Assembly (NCBI RefSeq): GCF_006345805.1
Contig: NC_043006.1
Location: 102,920,001-102,984,000, forward strand
Length of the DNA: 64,000 nt
Source of the DNA: Octopus sinensis
Lineage: Eukaryota
Reading direction: 5' to 3'
Both the position numbers and the translations under genes were made by a program. This document shows, one piece after another, positions 49,430-62,021 of the stretch. The notes under the pieces were generated by a model that did not search any database, had not been told where the DNA came from, and saw only the letters and a list, made by a program, of their open reading frames with translations. Position 1 is the stretch's first letter, and each line of letters starts with the position of its first letter.

Positions 49430-49648
49430 ATCACACCAGTCTGCCTTATCTACGCCACCAATGTTATCCACCACAATAGTAAAGACCGATACAGCTTGTG
49501 ACCAGTGATGTCACAACTTATTCTTGCAGCTGAATGACCTGGAGAAATGTACAATAAAGAGTTTTACTCAAAACACAACGCACAGTCCGGTCCGTGAGTC
49601 GAACTCACTACTTCATGACTGTGAAACCGACGCTCTAACCACTGAGCC
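49430..49648 (-). mobile_element. tRNA-derived SINE
   Basis: Reverse GGCTCAGTGGTTAGAGCGTCGG...GAGTTCGACTC...TTTTGAGTAAAAC. Confidence 0.65.
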
Positions 49649-49860
49649 AGTGGTTAGGGTATTCGGCTCACGATCTTAAGGTCGTGAGTTCGATTCCTAG
49701 CGGCGCGTTGTGTCCTTGAGCAATACACTTTACTTACCGTTGCTCCAATCCACTCAGCTGGCAGAAATGAGTTATACCCGTAATTCAAACGGCCAGCCTT
49801 GTCACATTCTGTATCACGTTGAATTTCCCTGAGAGCAAATGAAGTACACGTTTTCGTACG
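49645..49860 (+). mobile_element. tRNA-derived SINE
   Basis: CAGTGGTTAGGGTATTCGGCTC...GAGTTCGATTCC...GTCCTTGAGCAATACAC; tail resembles family C. Confidence 0.75.
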
Positions 49861-50525
49861 CAAGCAAATAATTAGTATATGTTCAAATGTTAGGAATATA
49901 TTCTAAAGTTTGAATGATTGCAACGAATTACATTATAAACAAATAAAGAAGCAATCTATAAAATTTGAAACGAAAACTGAGATACTATTGCTAAAATATT
50001 CCACTATCATTTTAATAACCAGACCATAGGCTCAAGGGAGCAGAGCGCAGGTAGATTTTTCTACATAAAAAGCTAATACAAAAACATCCTAGATACATGC
50101 AGTACTTTTAGGTCAACATTATGTTCTGAGTTCAAATGACGAAATATGCAATTTTGATTCAAAGTAGAGACGAATGATGATTTTTGCTGACGTAAAAAAT
50201 TCTTTATTAAAGATCTAAAAATGCATTTATTAAAAACGTCATTGAAAAGTAAAACTAGATTAACACAGGTCTAGTGGACGATATGAAGACAATTTTTTGT
50301 GCAAACGTTTTCGGCTACCTTCACCTTTTGAAACCTTTCATACAAACGAGAGTTTTCTAACTGTGGTTTATACCGCGCGTCTGAAAATCTGAAAAATATC
50401 AAACGTGCTTACATACAAAAATCCTTTTCATTTCTTTCATATTTGTATAAATAAAACTGAAAAAATAAAGAAATATCTGTTAGAAAGATTTTGACTAAAG
50501 ACGAAAAAAAAAAACATATATATAT

Positions 50526-50680
50526 GGGCGCAGGCGTGACTGTGTGGTAAAGCTTGTTTCCCAACCACCTCATTTCGGGTTTAGCCCTCTGTGTGGCTGC
50601 TTGAGGAAGTATCCTCAACTATAGTCCCGGGTTGGCTAAGGCCTTGTGAGCAGATGTGGTAGAAAGAAATCTGTCGTATA
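50526..50680 (+). mobile_element. SINE family A 5' half (diverged)
   Basis: GGCGCAGGCGTGACTGTGTGGTAAAGC. Confidence 0.7.
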
Positions 50681-51478
50681 TGCATGCATACATGTACATA
50701 CATACATACATACATACACAATAAATACCAGGCCTTTATAAAAATAAGTATAGGGGTCGATTTGTTCGATATAACCCTTCATGGCAATGTCGAAGAGTGG
50801 CTACAGTATATATATTCACGTATATATATATTCACGTATATATGTATACGTGAATATATGTATGGACGGGTGTTTGTATTTTGCGCTGTACATATACACA
50901 CATATACTGTTCCTATACATATGTATTGGCACAACAAAACGCTACCAACTATCTGTGCCAACCCCAAGATATGCGATAGTCTTCTCCCAAATCATAGTAT
51001 TTGTATAAACGTCCATGTCTGTGTATATGTGTGTAACTCTATGTAGGAGTACGTGCGCATGTGCGTGTGAAGATGTGTGCGGAGGAGTTGGGATAACAGC
51101 TGCTGGCCAGATGTGACTAAGGTAGTTAAAGTTACAATGTTGGGGCAAGCAAACCGTTACGGTGAGCTAATTATGGAATTTGTATATATTTTGATACAAT
51201 CTATTACACATGACTCCAACGAACTTGCAAGCCTGTACTGTTTTCCCTTTTCGTATCAGAAACAGTACTAAAATCTCCTTCAAATGAAATTATAGACTGG
51301 AGAATATATTGCTTGGATATATTTTACGGGGACGTATGGACTGGCTGATAGTTACCTTAGCGACTTGTGTAATAATAGAAAGATATAGTATTGATACTAA
51401 CTAGTTAAAGTATATCCCTATGTTCAGAACTGACTTCGTGGTGTTGGTAGAGGCGAAGAGATAAACCGCGATCTAGAT

Positions 51479-51790
51479 CAATGGTTCTCAACCGGGGTTT
51501 ATATGGCCCTTGGTGGTGGGGGTCATAAAAGATTTCATACAGGGTAAGTCCATCGTCATCAACGCACTGCAGGGATAGTTCACCGTCGCCAGTTCACCGC
51601 AGGAAAAGTTCGCCGTCTTTTTTTCAATAAAACAGTTTTAACTGTTAATGGCGAGATACTATGGATATATTTCTGCGGTAAACTTTCCTCGCGGTGAAAT
51701 TGCCTCACCTGTAATTATAAAATTTTGTTAAAATATATTTCTACAATACACAAAATATCTAAACATTTCTTTATAGAATTCCTGACATCA
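51479..51790 (+). mobile_element. Truncated hAT MITE carrying a nested TA-flanked MITE (51540-51711)
   Basis: CAATGGTTCTCAACC hAT-like end; TA|CAGG...CCTG|TA insert with subterminal inverted TTCACCGC..GGAAA..GTT repeats. Confidence 0.55.
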
Positions 51791-51990
51791 TTTAACTTTT
51801 ATCGTATTTGAATTATTAGATTGCGGTCATGCTGGGGCACCGTCATGAAAAGTTTTTGACGAATGATTCTACCCCAGTACTTATTTTTTAAAAAACTGTC
51901 ACTTAATCCATCGGTCAGTTTTCCCGAACCTCTAAGTTACGTGAACGTAAGCACACCAACAAAGGTTGTCAAGCTGTGTGGGTGGGTATG

Positions 51991-52682
51991 GAAAAGGACC
52001 ATATTCGGTAAAAATTTATATAATTATGATAATAAGGGTTTTTTGCAACAAGTTGCTTAACCACTGAATACTACTAGGAGAAATTTGTTGATTTTATTAA
52101 ATTAATTATATTTCACTCTATATCTGTAATGACTATTTTACACCCCTACGACAAAACTACGAATTTTTTTTTTAGCTGTACTATTTTGTGACTCACGTGG
52201 TAAAATTCTGGAGGGAAATACGAATTCACTTGTCTATATAAATGTGTATATGCTGATTGGCTTTTATATTTTTCGACGTCGCTTGATCGAAAATATATGA
52301 GATAAGTTTTCCTAGCATTTCTAGATTCATAGGAATATTATGTCGATGAAGGAAATGGGTTTTAGGATTCTAATCCAGAAACGTACGTCTATAATTAACC
52401 GAAGATTGTGTGATTTCATTATTTTTCTTCTTTTTTTGCCATATGTGAGTTACAAATATGGTTGTCTGTGGAGACTTACTTTTGTAGTAAAAGGAAATAG
52501 TAGTCTTTTGGCTGCTATTTCTAAAATTTTCGGTATGTGGTTAAGCAACTTGTTGCAAAAAACCTTTATTATTATAATTATATAAATTTTTACCGAATAT
52601 GGTCCTTTTCCTTACCGAAATACTACTAGGTGAAATTTGTTGATTTTATTAAATTAAATATATTTCACCATATATCTGTAAT
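51991..52682. repeat. Direct-plus-inverted repeat module (IR 51991-52064 / 52537-52610; DR 52066-52131 / 52617-52682)
   Basis: Sequence comparison by eye; GGCTGCTATTTCTA motif inside; a decayed hammerhead lies just downstream. Confidence 0.85.
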
Positions 52683-52845
52683 AACTATATATATATATAT
52701 ATATATATACACATACATACATACATATATGTGCAAACAAGGGAGTCAGAGAAAGGCAGAATGCCACTTAAATCTGAACACTACTATAGAAATTTCTTTT
52801 AAAAAAACTTTTCTTCTAATTTTTCTAAATTTAATTATTTAATCG

Positions 52846-52887
52846 TTACAGTTGAAAAGTCTCAAAAGACCGAAACCGGTACTGAAA
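52846..52887 (+). ncRNA. Decayed minimal hammerhead motif
   Basis: TTACAG-TTGAAAA(for CTGAAGA)-GTC-TCAAAA-GACC-GAAA-CCGG-TA-CTGAAA; stems retained, core mutated by transitions. Confidence 0.4.
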
Positions 52888-52982
52888 TGTTCACTATAAA
52901 ATTATTTTAGCATTTTCTATTTTTGACTTGTTTTTTTCATATATATATATATATATATCATACATAATACATACATACTACA

Positions 52983-53018
<36 letters not shown>

Positions 53019-53019
53019 T

Positions 53020-53095
<76 letters not shown>

Positions 53096-53100
53096 GTGGA

Positions 53101-53355
53101 TGCACATGGCCTGTGGTTAGAGCAACAGTCGAGGGATCACGCGTTTGAATCTCAGACCGGCTATGTGTGTGTTTATGACCGAAACACCTAAGCTCCACGC
53201 GGCTCCGGCAGAAGGTAATGGCGAACTTCTGCTGACTCTTTCGCTACAACTTTCTCTCATCTTGCAACGTCCCGTCCAGGTGGGGAACCTATACACCAAG
53301 GAACCGGAAAACCGGCCCTTTGAGCCAGGTGTGGCTCGAGAAGGAACAAAAAACA
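53101..53355 (+). mobile_element. tRNA-derived SINE with family C-like body and a distinct LINE-like tail
   Basis: CATGGCCTGTGGTTAGAGC head; tail GGCTCGAGAAGGAACAAAAAACAA. Confidence 0.7.
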
Positions 53356-53487
53356 ATATTATATATATATATATATATACATATGTAAAATTATATGAGT
53401 AATCGACCCTTGAGTTACTCTAAATTCTGCTGATCATTAATATATGTATGTATATATATGTATATTACATACATACAAACACACACA

Positions 53488-53587
53488 NNNNNNNNNNNNN
53501 NNNNNNNNNNNNNNNNNNNNNNNNNNNNNNNNNNNNNNNNNNNNNNNNNNNNNNNNNNNNNNNNNNNNNNNNNNNNNNNNNNNNNNN
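53488..53587. other. Assembly gap (100 N)
   Basis: Run of exactly 100 N between microsatellite-rich flanks. Confidence 1.
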
Positions 53588-53866
53588 AAATTTGTAGTGT
53601 GCACGTAATTGCAGCAGAACGATATGTAGGTGCAGAAATGGAAACACGTGATTGACAACAGAATATAACTGGATATATGAATCTCTGTTCTCTTTATTAT
53701 TTATTCATATATGCATATGTGTGTGCGTGTGTGCGTTTGTGTGTGCATGTGTGAGTGCGCGTGTGTGTATATGTATATATATATGCATGTATAATATGTA
53801 TACATATATGTATATGTATATATGCATGCATCTATCTATCTTGCACTCTCTCGCTCTCCTTGTGTA

Positions 53867-53907
<41 letters not shown>

Positions 53908-53908
53908 T

Positions 53909-53941
<33 letters not shown>

Positions 53942-54312
53942 GCGCCTGTGTGTGGTATTGTGTTCCCTGGGAGGGTCATTATGTTAATATTATAACAACA
54001 GAACTGATTCAATTTCACTTCGTTATCGTTAATCAATCAGTTAAATATCCAACCAACTAACTACTCATTGGTTTGTTTAATTTGTTTGCTAAACAATCAA
54101 TCGCTTGCTTGTTTGTGAAAGTCCTTTCGTCAATATTCGTGACCTCATCAATGCTATGATCTCTCCCTTCAATGTCTGCCTTGAGTCCATTTGAGGATTA
54201 TGCCTGTGTGCCTGTATGGGTGTACGTATGCCTGTATGGGTGTATGGATATGTGTGTTTACTTAAAAGAGAAGGAAGGAAAAAGTGAGAGCAAACAAAGA
54301 GTTTGTGTGTGT

Positions 54313-54348
<36 letters not shown>

Positions 54349-55984
54349 CGTGTATGCGTATGTGCGTTTGCAAGCGTGTTTGTGTGTGCGGCTGAGTGTG
54401 TACACGTGTATGACTGTGTGAGTGTGTGTTTTCGAGTATGTGTGTGCATTATCCGTCCGTGATCTCTTCGAAGATTCAACTTTTCGGAGAAAGATCAGCT
54501 TTGATTTACTTGTGAACCCGTAATATTTATGGTTGTAGTTCCTTATGTGGGGATGGCGGAGGGGAGAACAGGGTAGGTCTGAGTGGGACCATCCGCACAT
54601 GCACGTGTGTATGTGTGGGTGAGTGTGTTTTGCGTGTGCGCGGGTATGTGGTCTACTGTGCAAATTTGTATGGATAAATCCATTCTTTGATTGACTTGGA
54701 ATGAGTGCGCGCGTGTGTAAATCTGTGACTGTTGCTTATATGTGTGTATTCCAGTGAGTGTGTATGTGCACCTGCGTGTGCGTGCGGTGTGGAAATCCAT
54801 ACAAATAGATACATGTAAATATGTACAACTACAATATACCACCACACCTATCGACGCACGCAGGTATATGTAGGCACTTTTATTTTAATCAGAGATTACA
54901 TTCCGTGGACTTGATTCAAGACCATTGAACTTTGTGGGAGATTTAGCTTCTATATCTAGCACATCGAACAACCGGATTTGGCGGTTAGTTTCCAAATGAA
55001 TCTAATAAAAAGAAAATTATACACATAATTCTATAATGCTGTCTGGAAGTCTATTATGTGTACTTAAACATATTTAATCCTGCTGTGAAGAATGGTTTGA
55101 GCAAGAACTTAAGTTAATGCGCATGTCATCATTAACAATTGTACTTCTAAACTTTCTGGAACTCTTCTGGTTCATTCTATTGAATCACGTGCTGTCTGTA
55201 AAAGATTTGGAACATCATGAATATTTTATATATCGAATGTGGTAATCGTTTCGCAGACATTAGACAAGATCATTGTCTAGAAAACGTGAGCTTCGCGCTG
55301 AGAATAAGAGACCCAGTAAATTATCGTAAATATATATATATATATTTTGTTCTTAACCGCATCCTTTCTGTTATCATTTTTTTTAAAGCTGTGTTTTGAG
55401 TGGTTTTATTCTGTATTACTTCCAGATGCCTTGAATATGTACACAAACCGAAAATGAATTCCAAAACATTTTTACAGACAGTTTCCACCTCCTTTTATCA
55501 AGTAGGACCTATGGTAGTGAAATGTTAGAGTATCAGAAACAATACTTTGCAGTATTTGTTCCGACTTTTAACGTTCTCAGTTCTAATGCTGTCGATCACA
55601 AACTTTACTATTCGTCATACATAAAACTGCTTGCCTCAAACATGCTGGCCTTCTACGCAAATTATAAATATCTTATCAAGTAAGACATTCCTGACGGCTT
55701 GAGGAATATTAAATAATTTTGCTATTGTTAGCCATGTAGAGTTGAACTCTACAACAGTGTTACAGTTTCTTCTATGTCGTTATTTAGCCTAGATCAGCTA
55801 TGATCGAGCACACTTATGATCCTTACAGCCGTGACTATCTCGGCTTTCTTGTTTCCAGATATAACGTATCGTGGATATAAGATAGCTTTGTCAGCTAACC
55901 ACTGCTGGCCGAGCGACAACGTATAGACAACCTCGTTGGCTCTTGTTCTGATAGGTGCTTCATATATGTAAAATATTTCCATTT

Positions 55985-56360
55985 AGCTACCTATATAAAA
56001 GAGGGAAAAAACTTGTACACTTTGGTTTTGGTAAGGATTCAATGGCACTAGACGTGCTATGATAGAGCTGAAAATCGGCAGGGATACTAAATGCGTGGTG
56101 AGGATGCGACCCGCGATGGTTAAAATTCGCAAGCTATAAAGATGTGGTTGCTGTGGCAAAGAGAGTGATTTTTAAAAATATTTCAGCATTCAGAAATAGA
56201 TACGTTGTAAGGGGAACGACTCAGTAGTTTACAAGTAACGTCTGTACATAAATATCAAGATTACTTATCTGTTTCGAAATAATATGTGCGCGTGCATGTG
56301 TGTGTGCATGCGTGCGTGAGTGTGTGCATGTGCGTGTGTGTGTGTGTATGTGTGTGTGTT

Positions 56361-56392
<32 letters not shown>

Positions 56393-56548
56393 CATGTGTG
56401 AGTGTGTGCATGTGCGTGTGTGTGTGTGTGTGTGCGTGTGTGTGCGTGGTGTGTGTATGTGTGTGTGTGTTGTGTGTGAGTGTTTGTGTGTGTGTTTTTG
56501 TGTGTGTGTGTGTGCATGTGTGAGTGTGTGCATGTGCGTGTGTGTGTG

Positions 56549-56581
<33 letters not shown>

Positions 56582-56810
56582 GTGTTTGTGTGTGTGTGTG
56601 AGTTTGTGTGTGTGTGTTTGTGTGTGTGTGTGTGCATGTGTGAGTGTGTGCATGTGCGTGTGTGTGTGTGTGTGTGTGCGTGTGTGTGTGTGTGTGTTGT
56701 GTGTGTGTGTGTGTTTGTGTGCGTGCATACGAGCGCGAGAGTTGGCTGTTAATTGAATCGAATTCTGAAGGGCCGAAACAAACCCGAGCAACGCCGGGCG
56801 ATACTGCTAG
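55985..56810 (+). mobile_element. Non-autonomous Helitron-like element with internal (GT)-based array
   Basis: 3' hairpin CCCG-AGCAACGC-CGGG (56783-56798), then CTAG|T at 56807-56811; 5' ...CTATATAAAA near 55990 (5' boundary uncertain). Confidence 0.65.
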
Positions 56811-57279
56811 TATTAAATATTTGTTATTTTTTCAAGTACACAGCATCTTCGTTTTTGTTTTACATCGATGCTACATTTTTCAGATACACATCTGATCAAT
56901 CCTAATTCTATCAAATGCTGCATACTGCCTGTATCTGAATAAAAACATATCTTTTTAAAAGTGATGTTGCATTCTTGAAACATGTTATTTCATGTTGAAA
57001 TATACACTCTAAAAAATTAGACTCACGCAACATTAAGTCTGTAAAGGGATATTTCAAAAATTGCGCCCGCGAAGCCAGAACTTCAGTCTGAGACCCATCA
57101 GAAGTATACCTCAACACTATTTATTTAAGTGTTATGTATTATGAATTTATCTGATGGATTTACAGTTGCCCTGATCAACACTATTAAGTTTCCTGGTTCT
57201 GGAAAGCTGGAGAAAAATCGTTAGACATCTAAAATCTAAAATAACCTTAAATAAAATAACACCATACTACCAATCTAAA

Positions 57280-57660
57280 TCCTTTATCTTTGTTTCAGTC
57301 ATTTGACTACGGCCAGGCTGGGGCAATGCCTTGGAAAATTTTTCGTCGAATGAATCGACTCTAGTATTTATATTTCTATAGCCTGGTACTTGTTCTATAG
57401 GTTCTTTTGCCGAGCCGCTAAGTTACGGGACGGAAACACACCAACACCGGTTGTCAAGCGGTGGTGGAGGACAAACACAGACACACTCACACACACATAC
57501 AAACACACGTACTCTCATACATATGTACATATACGAAAGACTTCTTTCGGTTTCCATTCACCAAATTTACTCCCAAGGTATTGGTCGGCCTGAGGATATA
57601 TATTAGAAGACACTTGCCCAAGGTGCCATGCAGGGGAGCTGAACCCGGAACCATGTGGTT
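57280..57660 (-). mobile_element. SINE family A (5'-truncated)
   Basis: Co-linear with other family A copies. Confidence 0.85.
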
Positions 57661-57959
57661 TTCAGATTTTCAGATACCTGACTTCTCGGCATAACCGAAC
57701 ACGTATTCAACATTTCGGTCGCAGTCCGCTTATTGACTGCTACAATTAACCAACAAACCGCTCATGATCCTATCAAAGGGAATATCAAATGATTTAAAAT
57801 ATCTACTTAAGAAAAAAAACTAGCAAAAACACAAATAAAACGAATAAACAAAATAAACCATTCTATGTAACATCAAAATCAGTAAAGTTTATGGTTCCAT
57901 TCTCCACTATCGTCCTATACAAACATTATTTAACATCGCCGTTAGAGACAAAACAAATT

Positions 57960-58630
57960 ATTGGTTTCAAATGTTGGTACATGGCCGGCAATTTAGGAAG
58001 AGATAAGTCGATTACGTCGACCCCAATGTTCAACTAGTACTTATTTAATCAAGCTCGAAGGGATGACAGGTAAATTCGACCTCGGCAGGATTTGAACTCA
58101 GAACATAAAAACAGACGAAATGCCACTAAGCATTTTGCCCAGTGTGCTAATGATTCTGCCAGCTCGCAACCTGCAAACCAGTAAATATTGATTTTAAATT
58201 TTGACACAAGGCCAGCAATTTGGGGGAAGGAGATAAATCGATTACATCGACCCCAGTTTTCAACTGGTACTTATTTTATCGACCCCGAATGCATGAAAGG
58301 CAAAATCAACCTCTACGGAATTTGAGCTTAGAACATAAAAGCAGACGAAATACCGCAAAGCATTTTGCCCGGCGTCCTAACGATTCTGCCAAATCGCCGC
58401 CTTAATAACTATTAAATATCGGTTTCCAATTCTGCCGCAAGGCCAGCAATTTCGGGGTAGGGGTTAAGGCGATTAGGTCGACCCCAATGTTAAACTGGTA
58501 TTTATTTAATCAACCCAGAAGGGATACAAGGTAAAGTCGACCTCGACGGAATATGAACTTAGAACATGAGGACGGAGGAAATGCCTCTAAGCATGTTACC
58601 CGGCGTGCTTACGTTTTTGCCTGCCTTAAT
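57960..58630 (-). mobile_element. Three head-to-tail diverged family B-variant SINEs (~230-bp spacing)
   Basis: TTGGTTTC(A/C)AAT...GGCCAGCAATT...TCGACCCC...GAACT...GCATT...CTGCC repeated three times. Confidence 0.85.
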
Positions 58631-59184
58631 AGCTATTGAATATTGGCTAATATATTATATAACAACTGGTCATGTCTTTGTTTTACGCAAGCGCAGGACT
58701 TCCAGATATTGGGATTTCCCTAAGTAAGTATTTCAGGAGTTCCCGTCTTCACATATTCTGTTCTACCTTTACCAATTTCTCACAACTTTGCAAAATACAC
58801 ACCTTAGTTTATAAATAGCTGTAATAATATTGCTCTTACCCTGCAGAGGTCTTAACTCTGTATGAATAACTTACAAACATGACTTCAAAACAACAGATGT
58901 ATACTTCCGAACTCATCCATGCATTGCATAACAGCATAGCATTCTTAATCAATTGAAATACTGGAGTTATCTCCCTTGCATTCTTTGACATTAATTGTTA
59001 TTAATCCTAACAACTTCACTTCCTCATTACGGCTGAAATTTCAATTTAAATGTATTTTTATCATTCTACATTAAGTGCGTGAGACTTCTTCAACAGACAC
59101 CCAGCGGGTTGAGTTTATTCATCTAATTACTTGCCAACAAACTCACAAATATATTTACAAATATATGTATAGATTAGTTGAATG

Positions 59185-59226
<42 letters not shown>

Positions 59227-59298
59227 TAGACACCAACACATATACACACACACATCACTCTCACACATGTGTGTGTACAGATATAAATATATACACAC

Positions 59299-59329
<31 letters not shown>

Positions 59330-59504
59330 AGTATGTATGTATGCATAAGTATATGTAAAAATATATACAGGTATATCTATGTATATACTTATACATATGT
59401 ATATATATACATGCATACAATCGCAGTTGAATAATATTTCCCTTTCCGTTCTCTTTCTCTCCCTGTGTCTATGTATCTCACTCTCTCTATCTATTTATCT
59501 ATGT

Positions 59505-60072
59505 ATGTATCTAGTCAAAGAATATCTGTATAACTATATAAATACCGTACTTGTTGATGTGCGCATGTGTAAGTTCGTGTGCGTGTGCGTTTGTGCATAT
59601 TTAAATACTAAATCATGCACTAAAAAGCTGGAATATAAGCTGAATGCACATCTATACTGTAATAGTACAAAATTTAACAGAAGTTATGTAGATTTGTGCT
59701 AAAACATCCACTCTTTCTTCGTCCGCAGACGCAAAAAGGAAAGAAAAAGACGGAATACGTTTAAATGTCAGTGTAAATATTTATATTCTTGCATTTACGC
59801 AACTTCATTGAAATTTTGTACTTTTTTTCTGTATACAAATATGTATATATCTTATATCTCATTTGCTCGTGAGCTAATGTAAATAAAATTAAATTAGTTA
59901 CCAGCTTATGCCCTAAAATTGATGTAGATGAGAACTTCCAATTTGTAGATAGAATATATATACATACACACACACACACACCACACACCCCACACACACA
60001 CAACATATATATAATATATTATATATAATATATATAATTATGGTATATATATATATATATATTATATATATG

Positions 60073-60108
<36 letters not shown>

Positions 60109-60136
60109 TATAATATAATATATATATATATTATAC

Positions 60137-60169
<33 letters not shown>

Positions 60170-60372
60170 ATTATATATATATATATATATGGGGATTATA
60201 AAGCCATTAGCTGTTTATCTCCGTGTGCCAGAGGGAGGTGAACGTAGTCTCTGAGGTCAGTTCGAAATAGAACGAAGACTTTAATATGATCATTCACTCT
60301 TCCTGTCCTCAGCAAGATACGTATGAGCCTTATATATATATATTATATTATATATATATATATATATATATA

Positions 60373-60442
<70 letters not shown>

Positions 60443-60837
60443 CACACACACACACACACACAATATATATATGCATGATGGTTGCTTGAAAAGAAATTGA
60501 ACGAAAGGAAATACGTAACGCTGTAAGGTACAGTAGGAATAATATTTATGGAAAACTGAGGTCTGAATAAGTGTCATCTTTCGTAATTTTTGCACTTCCT
60601 ATCCAGAAGCGACGGAGAAAGAATGGGAAGCTCCCAGTCTGCGTGTGTGTTCGGGGTGTGGTGGGGTGGGGGGACGTGTGTACCGGTGTAGGTATATGCT
60701 TATTCATACCCACACATACACATGTATACATGCATAGTACATATATACATACATGAATAAGCATATACCTGCACCGGCACACAGATTCCCCCCCGAAACA
60801 CACACACACACACACAACACATATATATATACTTATA

Positions 60838-60894
<57 letters not shown>

Positions 60895-61251
60895 GTATGC
60901 ATATATGGCTAATTAGCCGAGTCTTTAGAGCATCGGACAGATTGCTTTGCAGTAATGTTTCCGGCTCCATGCACACTGAGTTCAAATATCATTTAGGTCA
61001 GCCTTGCATTTTACAATTTCAAGTTTGATAAATATATTATGCGCATCCAGTTGTAGGGACCACTCCTACCTTCCTCTCTTTCTTTCTAATGTATCTAGTC
61101 AAAGAATCTCTGTATAACTATATAAATACCGTACTTGTTGATGTGCGCATGTGTAAGTCCGTGTGCGTGTGCGTTTATGCATATTTAAATACGAAATCAT
61201 GCACTAAAAAGCTGGAATATAAGTTGCATGCAAATCTATACTGTAATAGTA
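59505..61251. repeat. 163-bp direct repeat pair (59505-59667 and 61089-61251), high identity
   Basis: ATGTATCTAGTCAAAGAAT...CTATACTGTAATAGTA occurs twice, 1584 bp apart. Confidence 0.9.
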
Positions 61252-61403
61252 TAGATGTTTCACTCCGAAAGAAATCGGATGTCAGGTGATCTAGAGAAAA
61301 ATAGTCTCCTCTAAGGCAAAAGTATTCAGCACAAACTGTATCCCACGAAAGTGCCACTAAGACTACATTAGGAGCTGAGGGCCCAAGTCAAGACATATAC
61401 ACA

Positions 61404-61563
61404 CATGCGTGGCTGTGTGGTAAGAAGTTTGGTTCCCAACCGTATAGTTTTGAGTTCAAACTCATTGCGTGACACCTCAAGCTAGTGTCTCCATCTGTAA
61501 CCATGCGCCGACCAAAGCCATGTCAGTGGATTTGTTTGACGAGAAATGAAAGAAGACCGTCGT
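61404..61563 (+). mobile_element. SINE family A 5' half (diverged)
   Basis: GCGTGGCTGTGTGGTAAGAAG...GAAAGAAGACCGTCGTA. Confidence 0.75.
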
Positions 61564-61820
61564 ATATATATATATATATATATATAGTATATACATGTGT
61601 GTGTGTATTGTATATGTATGTATATATATAGCGTGCGTATGTGTGTCTTGGGAGGGTCATTATGCCAATAATAATAACACTAACATTGATATATATATAT
61701 ATATATACGAATATAAACAAGAAGGGTAGAAATATTAGTTACTACCAGGTGCCCAGCACAAAAGACGAATCAGTCATAAGACAAAAATATTATTCGTATA
61801 GAAAAATATTATTCATGTAG

Positions 61821-61959
61821 TATATACAATTAAAGGCCCCTAAATTAGGATGCCGATGTGGGGACACAAAAAGAAGATGAACTTATCGAGAGTGAAAATC
61901 AAAAACATTTACCGATAACTTTACACCTCGCACTCGGCATCCTAATTTAGGGGCCTTTA

Positions 61960-62021
<62 letters not shown>

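Noticed and set aside
54445-54520. Protein-like peptide RDLFEDSTFRRKISFDLLVNP*
   Set aside because: No start codon or acceptor, embedded in GT microsatellite; likely chance.
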